Below are positions 50,020 through 62,000 of a stretch of 64,000 bases of DNA, piece by piece (positions within the stretch are counted from its first letter, which is position 1; each line of letters starts with the position of its first letter). The DNA lies in the NCBI GenBank assembly GCA_047495785.1, contig JBLDXI010000019.1:2356001-2420000 (forward strand). The letters are read 5' to 3'. The notes beneath the pieces were generated by a model, which saw nothing but the letters and a program-made list of their open reading frames with translations, made no database searches and was not told the origin of the DNA. The stretch is from Lepidodermella squamata. Taxonomy: Eukaryota; Animalia; Gastrotricha. A program made the translations under genes and the position numbers.

Positions 50020-51476
50020 ATGATTTGGCTGTTGATTATCGCCTGTCTTCTTGGAGAGAACGGTGGGGCATCTGCCGAGGCAAATACAACAATTGAGGTT
50101 TGATTTAATCTATCATTCGACGATGTTGAACATCTTAGTTGATCTCTCAGGATGTTGGCTCACCTTCGCCAATAATGGCATCGAAGTACCCTAACAATTA
50201 CTCGATGAGCGGAAATCCAGGTGAGTGAGATTCCTTACATATTCAAGTTGTATTTCAAAGCTCTTGAATTTACGTAGATATTGGAGAGGTTGCACGCATA
50301 TTGAATCGATTTGACCAGTCGACAACGCAAACACTACAGCAGCTCCTCGGAACCACTGACGTAGCTGACACAGAGCTGCCTCTAGCGAAGCTTACCGCGA
50401 AACAGCTGCTGCAGAGGTGTGAGGACTTCTCTCCGACTCGAGCTGCCCCGCCATCACGCGACACATTCACCGTCAAAGTGGCCTTCAGCGTTGATAAGTT
50501 GAACGAAATCAACACTGTAGATCAAACGATATCAATCACCGGCGCTGTTTTGCTGTCATGGGTCATTGACACATGCCCACGAGAAGGCACTAGTCTTAGC
50601 GAAGCTGGTCGAAAAGTCGAGCAGTTGTACATCAGCAATACAAAAGAAACCTGGACGCCACCGTACAGATTCCTAAACAGCGCCAGTGGAACAATCTACA
50701 TGCAGTCGACAGAACATTTCGATGAAGATTTGTTGGCAACGACATCGCAGTCTTCTGCCTCGGAAAATAGGACTCTCGAGTTCTTCTGGATCAAAGACGG
50801 TCTATTCGTCGCTTCATGCCAACTTGACCTCACTAAATTTCCCTATGACACACAGACTTGTGTCTTCCTCTTCTCGATGAATCGAGCTGTTGGTTTGATA
50901 AAATTCGACACGCCTCTGTTTTTGTGGGAAAGTGGCGAGGTCTCTGATTCTTGGATCTACGAAGGTCATACTTCTGGGCTGAAAGATTCCTACTACAAAG
51001 GGAAAATTGTGAGCACGGCGTATTTTGCTATCACCTTGAAACGAAACCCTCAATATTTTGCTGTGAATCTCATCTCGCCCTGTGCCTTGTTGTTTCTGAT
51101 GCAAATCGCCTCTTTCATGTTACCGCCCGCTTCTGTAGAAAGACCGGCCTTTTCCATGGCGGTTCTGCTAGCCTTTAATGTCGCACAATCGACGGTTATC
51201 GACGCGATTCCGAAAACAGCTGAGCGAATTTTAATCGTGGACTACGTTTCTGTTTTGATGTGGCTATGCACTGCTTGCACCTTCTATCACGCTGCTGCAT
51301 GCTGTTATGTCGCTGCAACCCGGAAAGGTAGACTGAGCAAGATGGGAGGAGTGAATGATGATTTCGGCATTTTGGGATATATTGGCCTTATTCGATGTTG
51401 TGATATTTTATGCGCCCTTTTCAGCGCTGTTGCTTTCTTCGGTTTACACGGTTATCTTGGTTTCATTGATGTCTGA
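50020..51476 (+). CDS. Divergent Cys-loop channel subunit LGIC-3 (short form); exons 50020-50097, 50151-50220, 50278-51476
   Basis: Signal peptide MIWLLIIACLLGENGGASA; WTPPYRFLNS; Cys-loop CQLDLTKFPYDTQTC; LKRNPQYF; four TM helices. Introns of 53 and 57 nt. Confidence 0.92.
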
Positions 51477-51947
51477 GGATGCCTTATTACTTTGTTACAA
51501 TCCAGTTGTTACAGTTAATCTCAAGCGAATAAAAATGTATCATATGGAGTGTAAAATCGCAGCGCTTTTTTAAATCATCGCAAAAAATGGAGAAATCAAC
51601 GGCAGAAACCATACTCTGTGCTCAGCTGGCGAGACTTTTGCGCATAGTTTCTCCTCAAATCATCGATTGAAAACTTTTTAAACTCAATTGTCTTTTTCAG
51701 GAACAATTATTATGCACCTAACGTAAAACTGTTAATTGAATGTTCCATGTGTTTATAAATAATTTATAATTTTCGCTCGCTTTTTCAACCTCGGGGTTAC
51801 TACACGACTCAAACTAAGGCTGTTTTTTGTTTTCCAATTTCGCCCACGGAAATCGAGGTCTGCAGAAGTACATAAAAAACAAAGGTAGCCTTCATTCCCG
51901 GACTGAAAAACTGGCTAGCAGTCGCTACTTCTAAATCAACCCTGACG

Positions 51948-54900
51948 ATGATACGCATCACATTTCTGCTTGCAATCAGCTTTCAGCCGGGTAACTTTTC
52001 CAATATTATTGCTTGGAATAGATTAAACTATGTTTCGTTTTACAGGTATAGCACCTGCTCCAGTGCCCGATACTGCATCATTTCCCCTGCCTTACCTATG
52101 GTCTGGGACTCCGATATACCAAGCGCAAAACTCGTTCGATGTGATTAACCCAGGCGTTGGCAATACAACATTTTTCACGCTGAAAATCGTGGGTACGACA
52201 CCTAATGGCTACCAAATGAACGAGGTCGTCGCAACAGCAACTACCGATAACAGCAGAATTGCCCAAAACGAAGTGAGAATTGCTTCATAAACGTGCGTTT
52301 CGAATTATTTCTTGATTTTTTTTCTGTGAAGGCTGTGCCAGTTAATTTAACAAATTGGAGGGCTGAAATCGACATAATGACGACTTATGACACAACTCTT
52401 AACATCACAGGCTGGTTCGGAGTCACATTCTCGACCACTTTCTCAAATTACAGTAGGTTTTAGTCACATCTTCTCTCATTGGTGAGGGTGAACTTATATT
52501 GATTAAAAAGCCTATCAGATGACTGGAACCGATATTTGCTACACCGTTATGTCTGGAGTCAATGGACCAGGATTTTTCCAAGAAATTCAACAAGGCGGAA
52601 GATTTTACAGTACGACAGCTTTGGGTGGCGTTGTGCCATACACTCCGACCATCACTTCTGCCCCAGCTTGCGGAAGTTCCACTGTCTTAACTTCATCAGG
52701 AAAAAGTGATTATCGCATCATAGTGCAGATGAATAATGACAAAGCCACGGTACAATACAGTTTAAAAGATGACCCTGTTTCTAGCTTTTGATCGTTAGGT
52801 CGCTATAGCAGCTCTCCCCGCAAACGGAACAACGCCCGCAAGCACCTGTTTCTCGGACGTCTTGATGACTGGATCAGGTGCTGCTACTGGAAGTGGTTTA
52901 GCAAAGATAAGACTTCTCGCAATGTGCGGCATGGCTGGTAATAAATGCATAATCTAGCGATTTGCCACCATTATTACGCAATTTTTCTTAGGAAATACGA
53001 CAATCAGAAAATTCTATTTTTGGCAACTGACTTCAAGCCCGCCAACCACTTCAACTAGCTCGACTTCAACGACCACTACAACGACACGTACAACAACAAG
53101 CACATCGACAACAACTACAACGAGTCCGTCCACCTCAACTACGCCAACCACCACGACCACAACAACCCCTAGTACCACAACTTCATCGACTTCAACAACA
53201 ACGACGACCAGTCCATCCACCTCAACTACATCAACTCCTTCGACCTCAACCAGCACGACTACTACAACGACCCCTAGCACCTCAAGCTCGTCGACGTCGA
53301 CTACAACGGCGAGCCCGTCAACCTCAACTACATCTACTGATTTGACTTCAACAACCACAACTCCCAGTACTACGAGCACATCGACTGAATCCACCTCAAC
53401 TACAACAAGCCCTTCTACAACATCATCTTCGACACCTAACCCGATGACTAGCAGTTCGACGGAGACAAGTACAATGGATTCCTCGACCTCAGTACCCTCA
53501 TCTACTACGGATTTACCATCAACATTGACTACGTTAGATATTTCATCAACAGATGCTTCAACGTCATCTATCTCGAGTTCAACGACTTCCACCCAAGTTT
53601 CATTGACCAGCAGTTCCACACCTCAAGCAATGTCAACTTCAAGTTCACCCTCAACAGCCGGTTCAACCGCATCTGAATCAACGAGCCTTTCGACGGCAGC
53701 TGTGACGGCCGCGTCGTATACATTGACAGGAATAAGCAACTCAAGTTCAACCATGACATCTCCAGCGGTTATATCGAGCTCTTATTCACAGACAGCGATA
53801 TCATCCAGCAGCGCTACAGGAATTGGCAGCTCAAGTTCATCTTTGACTCCAACAACTCTGACAGTTGCCTCGAACTTTTATTCGCCGACAGTGATAACGA
53901 CAACAATTCCAGCTTCACTAACGTCCAGTAGCTTACAAGTTGTTGGTAGTACTACGACGCCCACCTCTACTACAAAATCAGAGCCGACTTCAGTTTTTAC
54001 AACTTTATCGACAGCAGCTATGGTAGTATTGAAAAACAGCTTTTAAAAAATTCGATATTAATGCATTGACTTGCTTGGTACAGGTGGTGGCGAGTTCAAT
54101 CTCGACAATCACAAGCATTCCAGGGGCATCGGCTGAACCTACTACCCCAATTTTCTCGTCGAGCTTATCTGCTAACTATTCAGCAGGAGGAAGTCCAGGT
54201 ATGTTTACATCATAACTGCTTCAGATCATTCAATCATCTGGTTTTTATTTCAGACAACGATGAAGTGAGAAAAGTGCTAACACGATTCGATCAATCAACC
54301 ACTCAGTCCTTGCAACGGCTCCTGAAGTTCACGGACGAACACACTGAACTTCCCCTCGCAAACATTACCGCTAAACAGTTGCAGAAACAATGTGACGACT
54401 TCATCCCGATGAGAACTGCCCCGCCCTCAGACGAAACTTTTCTTATCAAGGTGGCCTTCGGCGTGGATAAGCTGAACGAAGTGAACACGGTCGACCAGAC
54501 TATTTCAATCACCGGAGCTATGCTTCTTTCCTGGACTGTTGGCACATGTCCTATTGATAGCGTTGACATCTTTTCAGATCGACCAATTGAACAGCTTTAC
54601 GTAGCCCAGGCCAGCGAAGTTTGGTCGCCGCCATACAGGTTTCTAAACAGCGTGACCGGGACAATCTACATGCAAACGACTGATGAATTTGGCGAAGATT
54701 TGATTGCTTATACCTCTCAAACTATTGGCAAGCCCAACAGGACCTTGGATTTCTTTTGGATTAAAGACGGTCTATACACCGCGTCATGTCAGCTGACCCT
54801 CGGAAAATTCCCTTACGACACTCAGACCTGTGTATTCATTTTCTCGATGAATCGAGCAATCGGGTTGATTGCGTTCGATACTCCGATTTTCCTCTGGCGG

Positions 54901-55452
54901 GCTGGGAATGAATCAGATTCCTGGATCTATGAAGGCCATACATCTGGGTTGAAAACTTCGTACTACAAAGGGAAAATTGTGAGCACGGCGTATTTTGCTA
55001 TCACTTTGAAGAGGAATCCTTACTACTTCGCTGTGAATCTCATCTCTCCCTGTGCACTGTTATTCCTGATGCAGATCGCTTCTTTCATGTTACCGCCTGG
55101 TTCAGTTGACCGGCCAGCGTTTTCAATGGCCGTTCTACTCGCATTCAGCGTGGCTCAGTCTACAGTAGTGGGAGCGATTCCGAAGTCGGCTGAACAAATA
55201 TTGCTGGTTGATTACGTTTCAGCTTTGATGTGGCTCTGCACTGCTTGCACCTTCTATCACGCTGCTGCGTGCTGCTATACATCATTCATGCGCCATTCGA
55301 GGCGTGTGTTGAACGTTGAGTTGATGGAAAATCCTTCGATCTGGGGATACATTGGCCTGGTCCGTTGCTGTGATATCCTGTGTGCTGTTCTGAGCACTGT
55401 TGCTTTCATTGGGTTGCATGCTTACTTGGGGTTTTTGAATGTCGGGATATAA
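51948..55452 (+). CDS. LGIC-4: DOMON-like domain + mucin-like Ser/Thr stalk + Cys-loop channel fusion (~1037 aa). Exons: 51948-51990, 52046-52272, 52332-52452, 52511-52749, 52799-52937, 52992-54022, 54084-54198, 54254-55452
   Basis: Seven 49-61 nt GT-AG introns join the exons into one 3114-nt stop-free frame. It contains GWFGVTFS...MTGTDIC, a long Ser/Thr tract, Cys-loop CQLTLGKFPYDTQTC and four TM helices. The channel exon has no signal peptide or start ATG of its own. Confidence 0.8.
53030..54022 (+). repeat. Low-complexity Ser/Thr/Pro coding repeat (mucin-like; TTTTSPSTSTT-type units)
   Basis: Dense ACN/TCN/AGY codons with recurring ccgtccacctcaactac units. Confidence 0.9.
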
Positions 55453-55896
55453 GACGATTTCGCATTGACAAGATTTCTTTTTATTAGAGATATTAGTTGA
55501 AAATAAAACTGAAAAAGAATGAGCTTGAAGACATTTTCAACCCCAGAATTTTCCGGAAATCGCACTTGTTCATATTGTCACATTTAAATCATCAAATTTG
55601 AATGGCTAGTGCATTTTTTTTAAACTGTAAAAATGGTAAAACATAACAGGAAAGCGTACTGCTCTACACGTGTTTCGTTTTTTCAAAGTTGCCGTGAGGC
55701 GTAATTAAGGCCACTTCCCAATTTGTATATCTTTAGCGTGGTGTGACCACGTATTGTTGGCCAGCCATGCTGACACGAAAGATGAAAATGTGCTCGCGAA
55801 GAAAAAAACAGCTTTCAGCGGCTATAAAAGACGCGAAATTTGGAAAGAAAAATCATTCGATTATAATTTCACTATTTTGGACTTCAACTTGAGATA

Positions 55897-56250
55897 ATGC
55901 GGTCTTCAACTACCTTGGCTCTGCTCGGCGTTTTTGCCGCTCTGCTCATTGTTGCTCAATCTGCTCCGGCTAAACCAGCTGGTGGCACTCCACCACCAGG
56001 CACTCCGCCATCTGGAACTCCGCCACCTGGTACGAAACCAACTGGCGATCCGCCATCCGGAACCCCGCCGTCGGGTAGTAAGCCGACAGGTACCCCACCA
56101 TCAGGCACTCCACCCGCTGGAACCCCTCCTAACGGAAAGCGGTAGGCTATTGGAGTTTGCTCTTTTTGTTCTCCTAATATTCTCAATTTTTCACACAGCC
56201 CCGACGGACCACCTCCATCAACTACGACGACTGCCAAGGCGTCGAGCTAA
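55897..56250 (+). CDS. Small secreted Pro/Gly-rich protein, paralog 1; exons 55897-56141 and 56199-56250
   Basis: Signal peptide MRSSTTLALLGVFAALLIVAQS, then GTPP[PSA] pentapeptide repeats, a phase-2 intron and RPDGPPPSTTTTAKASS*. TATAAAA at 55823; AATAAA at 56365. Confidence 0.85.
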
Positions 56251-57997
56251 ATATGCTTGAACCAGGCATTCAACTAATGATTTTTTCACATATATTCAAG
56301 CTATTTTCTACAACAAACTTCCAACATGGTGCTATTGTTTCGGATATTTTCGGATGTTTTAGATAATAAAGTTTAAATTTAATAAATTGTATGTCCGTTG
56401 TTAGTTTCCAATTTGCAAGCTGGCATCAAAATCTTAGTGTATAATCTGAGAGGTCGCTTACTAGGATTTAGTATACTCGTAGGAATGTTCGGAATGGTAA
56501 CGACGCTGATTTCACTCCATCGTGCAGCCTTCTAAGAGTCAGAGAAACGTACTGAACGTTGTGGGATTTAGGTTTGGGTGTAAAGCTTGAGCACAGCTTG
56601 AGAACTGTCATAATAATAATTTATCGAACTTTTCACAATGCTCTATGCTCGCCAACAACACTAGACCCTTCCAGGAAGTTGATTTTGAACACCATAATGA
56701 TTAATTAACCGATTTCAAAACAATTCGAAAATTCTATGTTATTGTTATTTATTTATTCATTGAATGGATTGGCCAAGGCCATAGGTCTTGAATGAGCGCT
56801 CTTAGGGTCGCTTGTGGGGTCTCTTCGGGACAGCTCAGTAGCGATTAGTGCAGTCTCGCAGACACTCCTCATCTACCACTTCTCACTTTTGTATCACGAT
56901 GGAGTGGCCAGCCACCGTCGGGGTAAAATGTCATTGATAATTCACGTTCGAGTCGGGTTGGGAACGAACTCATGCCCATCGACCTTGACGCTCAATGCAC
57001 AGCAGACAGCTATCCACCGAACTACTGTGTCCACTGTCTGAGGGAATGACAAAGCCGGGAAAATGAAGGCCGCACCGAAATATCCTCCGTTTTTTGTAGC
57101 TCTTCTTAGAAAAAACAGCTTCTTTTCACCGCGGCGCATCATCCAGATAAAATTGATTAAGATGAAATAATAGACTTCGAAGAAAGGTATCTGAAACGAA
57201 GCGAAACAGCTGCCTATACGCAGTTACGAGGAGTCTGCTGATGTTCGAATCTTTTTGTGGCCAGCAAACTTTTCGTCGATCATATTAGCTGGCAAGAGGT
57301 CCATGATTGAGCTACAACGATGTACAGCCGAAACGAATATATTATGATTGGTAAAACGGGGTGTTTTCTGAACATTTAGCCCCCAGAGACAAGTATGAAT
57401 TGAATTTGATTGAAGCTATGAGTGAATCGAGTTAGAAATCCGAATCAGGAAATTGACCATTCCCCATCAAGAGAATAATATGAGACTGGTATTATCAAAG
57501 GCTCCATTATCAAAAAGCGAAATGAACGAAATCAAATGTTTCTGTCAACCGGTCGGCGGATAGGAAGGGCTGCGTTTAACTCATTCGCCTTCGCCGGAAT
57601 AATGATCGAAGATTCGAAAATGGAAAAACATCCATTTCCCAAGCTATTAGTGCTCTCGGCCTCCAGACTCTTCGTCTGAATCTCAAATATTTCAGGAAAT
57701 AGTAATTTCTTAACATATCAGAGCCAAATGTCATTGAAGGGGCAGCCTCGGACAGGAAAGCGTACTTGCCTATATAAAACTGTTTACTAATATCTAATGC
57801 TAAAAGTTAGGTCACTTGGCCAATTTTTTGCGCTCATGTAGCGTTTTTTTCTATCACACGTGAGCGTTAACCTCGCCACAATGGCACGAAGTTCGCGATA
57901 TATAGAAAATGTACTGCGCCGATTGGGTATAAATACCGGCCGAGCTGGTCTTGGAAATTCATCCCAAGTTTCATTCACAATTCAAATCTAACTAACA

Positions 57998-58558
57998 ATG
58001 CAGTTTACAACATCTCTGGCTCTTCTCGGCCTTGGCGCCGCTCTGCTCATCGTTGCTCAAGCTGGCCCTACAAACAAGCGCCCGGATGGACCCCCGCCAA
58101 ATGGGTATGTGAAAATTCCATTTCAAGAAGAACTAAGCTAAACCATTCTTTCCCCCTTTTTCAGCAACGGAACTCGGTAAGCCTTCTTTTTGCACAACAA
58201 TTTTCAAGTTTTAAAACGTTCGATATGGCAGCCCTGATGGTCCACCCCCTGGCAACGGAACTCGGTATGCTCCTCTTACTTAAATCCTAAACTTGAAGTC
58301 ATCGTTTTTCGATTATAGCCCCGATGGTCCTCCGCCAAACGGAAACGGCACTCGGTAGATTTCAACTAGATGAAATAGGATTGTTTTTATATATGATCTT
58401 GATTCTAGCCCTGATGGACCCCCGCCAGGCAATGGAACCCGGTAAGCTTGATTGATCCTAACTTCTGAATGATTTTACATCTTTTCCATCTTGAACACAG
58501 CCCTGCGGGCGATCGTCGTGGCCCTCCCCCATCAACAACGACCACGGTCAAGGCATAG
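57998..58558 (+). CDS. Small secreted Pro/Gly-rich micro-exon protein, paralog 2; exons 57998-58104, 58165-58176, 58232-58264, 58319-58354, 58409-58441, 58501-58558
   Basis: Absent from the ORF track. Spliced product: MQFTTSLALLGLGAALLIVAQAGPTNKRPDGPPPNGNGTRPDGPPPGNGTRPDGPPPNGNGTRPDGPPPGNGTRPAGDRRGPPPSTTTTVKA*. All introns are phase-2 GT-AG, 54-60 nt. TATAAAT at 57928; AATAAA at ~58654. Confidence 0.88.
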
Positions 58559-59026
58559 TGAAGCAGCGGAACATGAAATGACTCGCTGTAGTTCGCCTTC
58601 CTTCACACCCAACTTTCTTACTGCACTTTCATCCCGCTTTGAATAGCGCTTTAAATAAAATATTTGGTACCAAACATTGTCTTGTGTATTTGATATATAT
58701 CATGGGAATAGGTATGTACCTAGGGTACCCCGCCAGTGCAGGGTAGAAAGGTAACGATGCCAAAAGAAACCGCAAATATTTATCGTTAGGATTTAGCAAT
58801 TCATACGATACTCCACGAATGGCTATTAGACAAGTCAAGAGGCTAGATTATGCGCGTAAAAATGACCATAAACCTATGCTCGCGTTTTATTTACCATACA
58901 TTGTAATGAGGGGTGGGCAAAATAATAGCAATCATAGCCCCGCCTATTGTTATCATCATATGAAGCTCGCTGTGTTACATTGTAAATATCATCGCTCATG
59001 TTCCTCGCTGCCGCTGCTGCTACCTC

Positions 59027-59049
59027 ATGATGATGATGATGATGATGAT
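59027..59049 (+). repeat. (ATG/GAT)n microsatellite
   Basis: Directly visible run of GAT units. Confidence 0.9.
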
Positions 59050-62000
59050 AATCGCCAACTCGGGAAATTACTACTAGGAAGAAAAGCCGCAAAACAAAGG
59101 CTATACTGGCCTGTAATAAAATACTAATGATAAACACTATAAGTTGCCATCTTACAGAGTGTTTTAAGGCGGATGTATGGATGCGGTGCCCTCTTAACAC
59201 AGGGTAGGGCATGCGCATATATTCGAGAAGCAGCAGGGTGCGTCAAATATTTGCGCACGGTGTGTGTGTGCGCGTGTCTCGGTTGGCTGCTCTTGACCGC
59301 TGGCTTAAAACACTCTGGCGACCGGCGCCGGAGTCGAGACGCGCCTTTCGCCCCTATTTCCCTAGCCTAATGCCTCGACTCGTTCGTTCGTAAGAAACCG
59401 CAAAACAAGAGAAATGCGCGTCTCGTCACGCCTGGTTTGATTTTATATATATCGCATTATTACCACAAGGTGCGCACAATAGATCCTATGTGTAACAACG
59501 CACGCGTTTTGGGAATTCAAGGTGTTTCATACATAACGGATTAATTAGGTAATTAAACAAGCCTGTGTAATTCAACCATACGCCCTATAATATGATCCTA
59601 CAACTTTTTGTTTGTTTCCGAGGGCATTACTCTCAAAATTGCGCATCACTTTGTATCTTCCTTATAATATATTACACCCCTATTTACTAGCCGCGCCTTG
59701 TTTTAAGGTGTCTACGCGCGCGGGAAAATATGAAGTGCGCGCAAAAAGTATATAATTGCCATATTTTTTTCATATTTGCCCCACCGCCGGGCGCGGTAAT
59801 AAAATACTACGAGTTCAGCTTTCATCTTTCATCCCCGCGCAGAATAGCAATCATTTTGCCCGCGTTGTTATTTATCGGAAATGCTTTTACCAGCGTAACT
59901 TTATATTGGTATCTAATCTGTATGTACCTGTCTATTTACGAGTAGGATGCTTTCAACATAGGTTATGTTACCGCTTTTAAAATCAAAGGCTCAATGAAAA
60001 AGGGTACATTAACCGGTGATGTATATTGTTTTATTGTCCCATTCACGTTCGCCTTTTATTATTTCCGAACTCGCATCATGGAAAAGACCGTTTATATAAT
60101 ATTGCGCATCGAACTCGACGGGAATGAAATATGACCCTTTAGATAAATAATAGCTGTATATGAATTATTTTCATTTGACGCCTCTTTTAACAAACAAAAG
60201 AGCGCATTTTTTACGTGTAGCCAGCCATAATATGATAAATGGTAATATTAATGAACCTTCTTTCAGAATGAATTTGAGAAAAAATTATTCCCCTAGCTCA
60301 TTTTTTTGTCTCATGAGATATCTTTGATTTTAAATTTATGCCTGAAATGGCACTAAACTTGGCTCGAAAAATATTATTTATAACAACAAAAATAGCAAAA
60401 CAACAAGCTAAAGCCGGTGTTGTATATGTTATATGAATGTAAGCGCATGAATGTGATTAAAAAGGCCACTATACCGCTTATCATTTTCTTTTAGCAAAAG
60501 TATTAATTGCTATTATTATTCTTATTTATCATTTTATTTATGTCGCGTGAGTGAACACCGCCGCGCTGGTCAAGTTTTGTTAAATGGCATTTTTTTGTCA
60601 GCATAGGGTGGCCAACAACACGTCAAGCAGCGATGCTATTAGTTTTCGCGCCTAGTCGAGCGTGTGTGTTTTAGCAATTTTTTTATTGCGAAAATTAAGT
60701 ACTGCCCACTTTCGAGTACCAAAAATGAGGAATAATTTTATATACCTACGCAAACAAACACGCACGCCTTTTCAGGGCTAATATTTCGCACTCTAATTAG
60801 GCAGTCTTCTTTTTTATACAAATTGCGATATATATCTGCAAAAAATAAGGATTAAATGGCCAAGTGGAAAAGTGTGGCTTAGAGATTTTTAACAAATTTA
60901 ATCGGATTTTTTTAGATTTTTTTTCTAAAATTCAATTCCTTATCTTTTATATCATCTTTCACGGCCTCGGCTTAGAATTTTTAATTACATTATACCATTT
61001 TTTTATTTAGAAAATAACCTATACGGGTCTTCTTTCATAGCGTTTTTTTGACGCGGTCACGTATTCCTCGACCCGGCCACTTACACGCCGTTTCATTCCA
61101 TCCTCACTTGAATAATAGAAGCTCGTTAGCCATACCCACACAAATGTGTTAAAAAAGGGCGTATCACCTGCGTAACGAAACACGAGCTGTTAATTTTCAC
61201 TTTTTAGTAATGAAAACATTGCGATATTTGTTTAAGCTTTTTTACGCAAAAGCAAGCTATTTTTTTTAGTATAGCCCTATTATTTTAATTTTCTGGCAGT
61301 GGAATCAATTTTTTCAGCTAATTCAATTAGCCTTTCAAATGAAAAATTGAAAAATTACCCAAAAAGGTCATCCATTTTTAATTATTCTTCATTTTCGATC
61401 GATTTTTGTTCTTTGATTTTTACCGATATTCGCAATGCTAGGAAATTATTTTTCGAAATGTACTTTCTAGTGCATTTTCTATAGGTGCTTTCGGATATTC
61501 CCAGATCGAGCGCAGGAAAAAAATCCGCTTAATTGACCGGTATTATTTCTAGACGCTTGTCAAATTAGATTAAATTCAGCGCCCTCAGTGTGACCTCAGT
61601 ACTGTATAAGTCGATTTATCGACCCTAATCACGAAGCATCAAGTAACTGCTGGCTCATCTATCAATTTATTATTTACCTGAGAGCAGTGCGAGCGGTCTA
61701 TAAAATCAGCCTTCAGCCGCATGCCGCCACACGTCATGAAATGTTATTACTCCACCTCTCGCGAAAAGCAAATTTCTCAGTTCGATTAATCGATTTTTCG
61801 CGCGACACGTGTCGCCTCTCACGTTATCAAGCGCGCAATGTTTTTATAACACACGCGCCGCGTTGCTTAATCGAAAATTTTATTGAACACTCTAGTCTGC
61901 GCGCGACCATAATATACGCCCAAACACACATACACACGCATTCGCCTTTTGATAAGGTATTCTGATAACGAAAAATTAGGAAAAATATCAGTAATTTTCG

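Noticed and set aside
53014-53619. Val-rich 201-aa minus-strand ORF
   Set aside because: It is the antisense shadow of the Thr/Ser mucin exon.
56760-57142. Possible minus-strand terminal exon between the two secreted-peptide genes
   Set aside because: An acceptor and AATAAA are present, but the frames are short and unrecognisable.
58165-58441. CRISPR-like appearance (short repeats with ~55-nt unique spacers)
   Set aside because: The spacers are GT-AG introns and the repeats vary at synonymous codon positions. The context is eukaryotic with no cas genes.
58075-58530. Neuropeptide-precursor reading of the repeat protein (KR, R and RR sites)
   Set aside because: Nearly every basic residue is followed by Pro, which blocks convertase cleavage, and the repeats lack G-K/R amidation signals.
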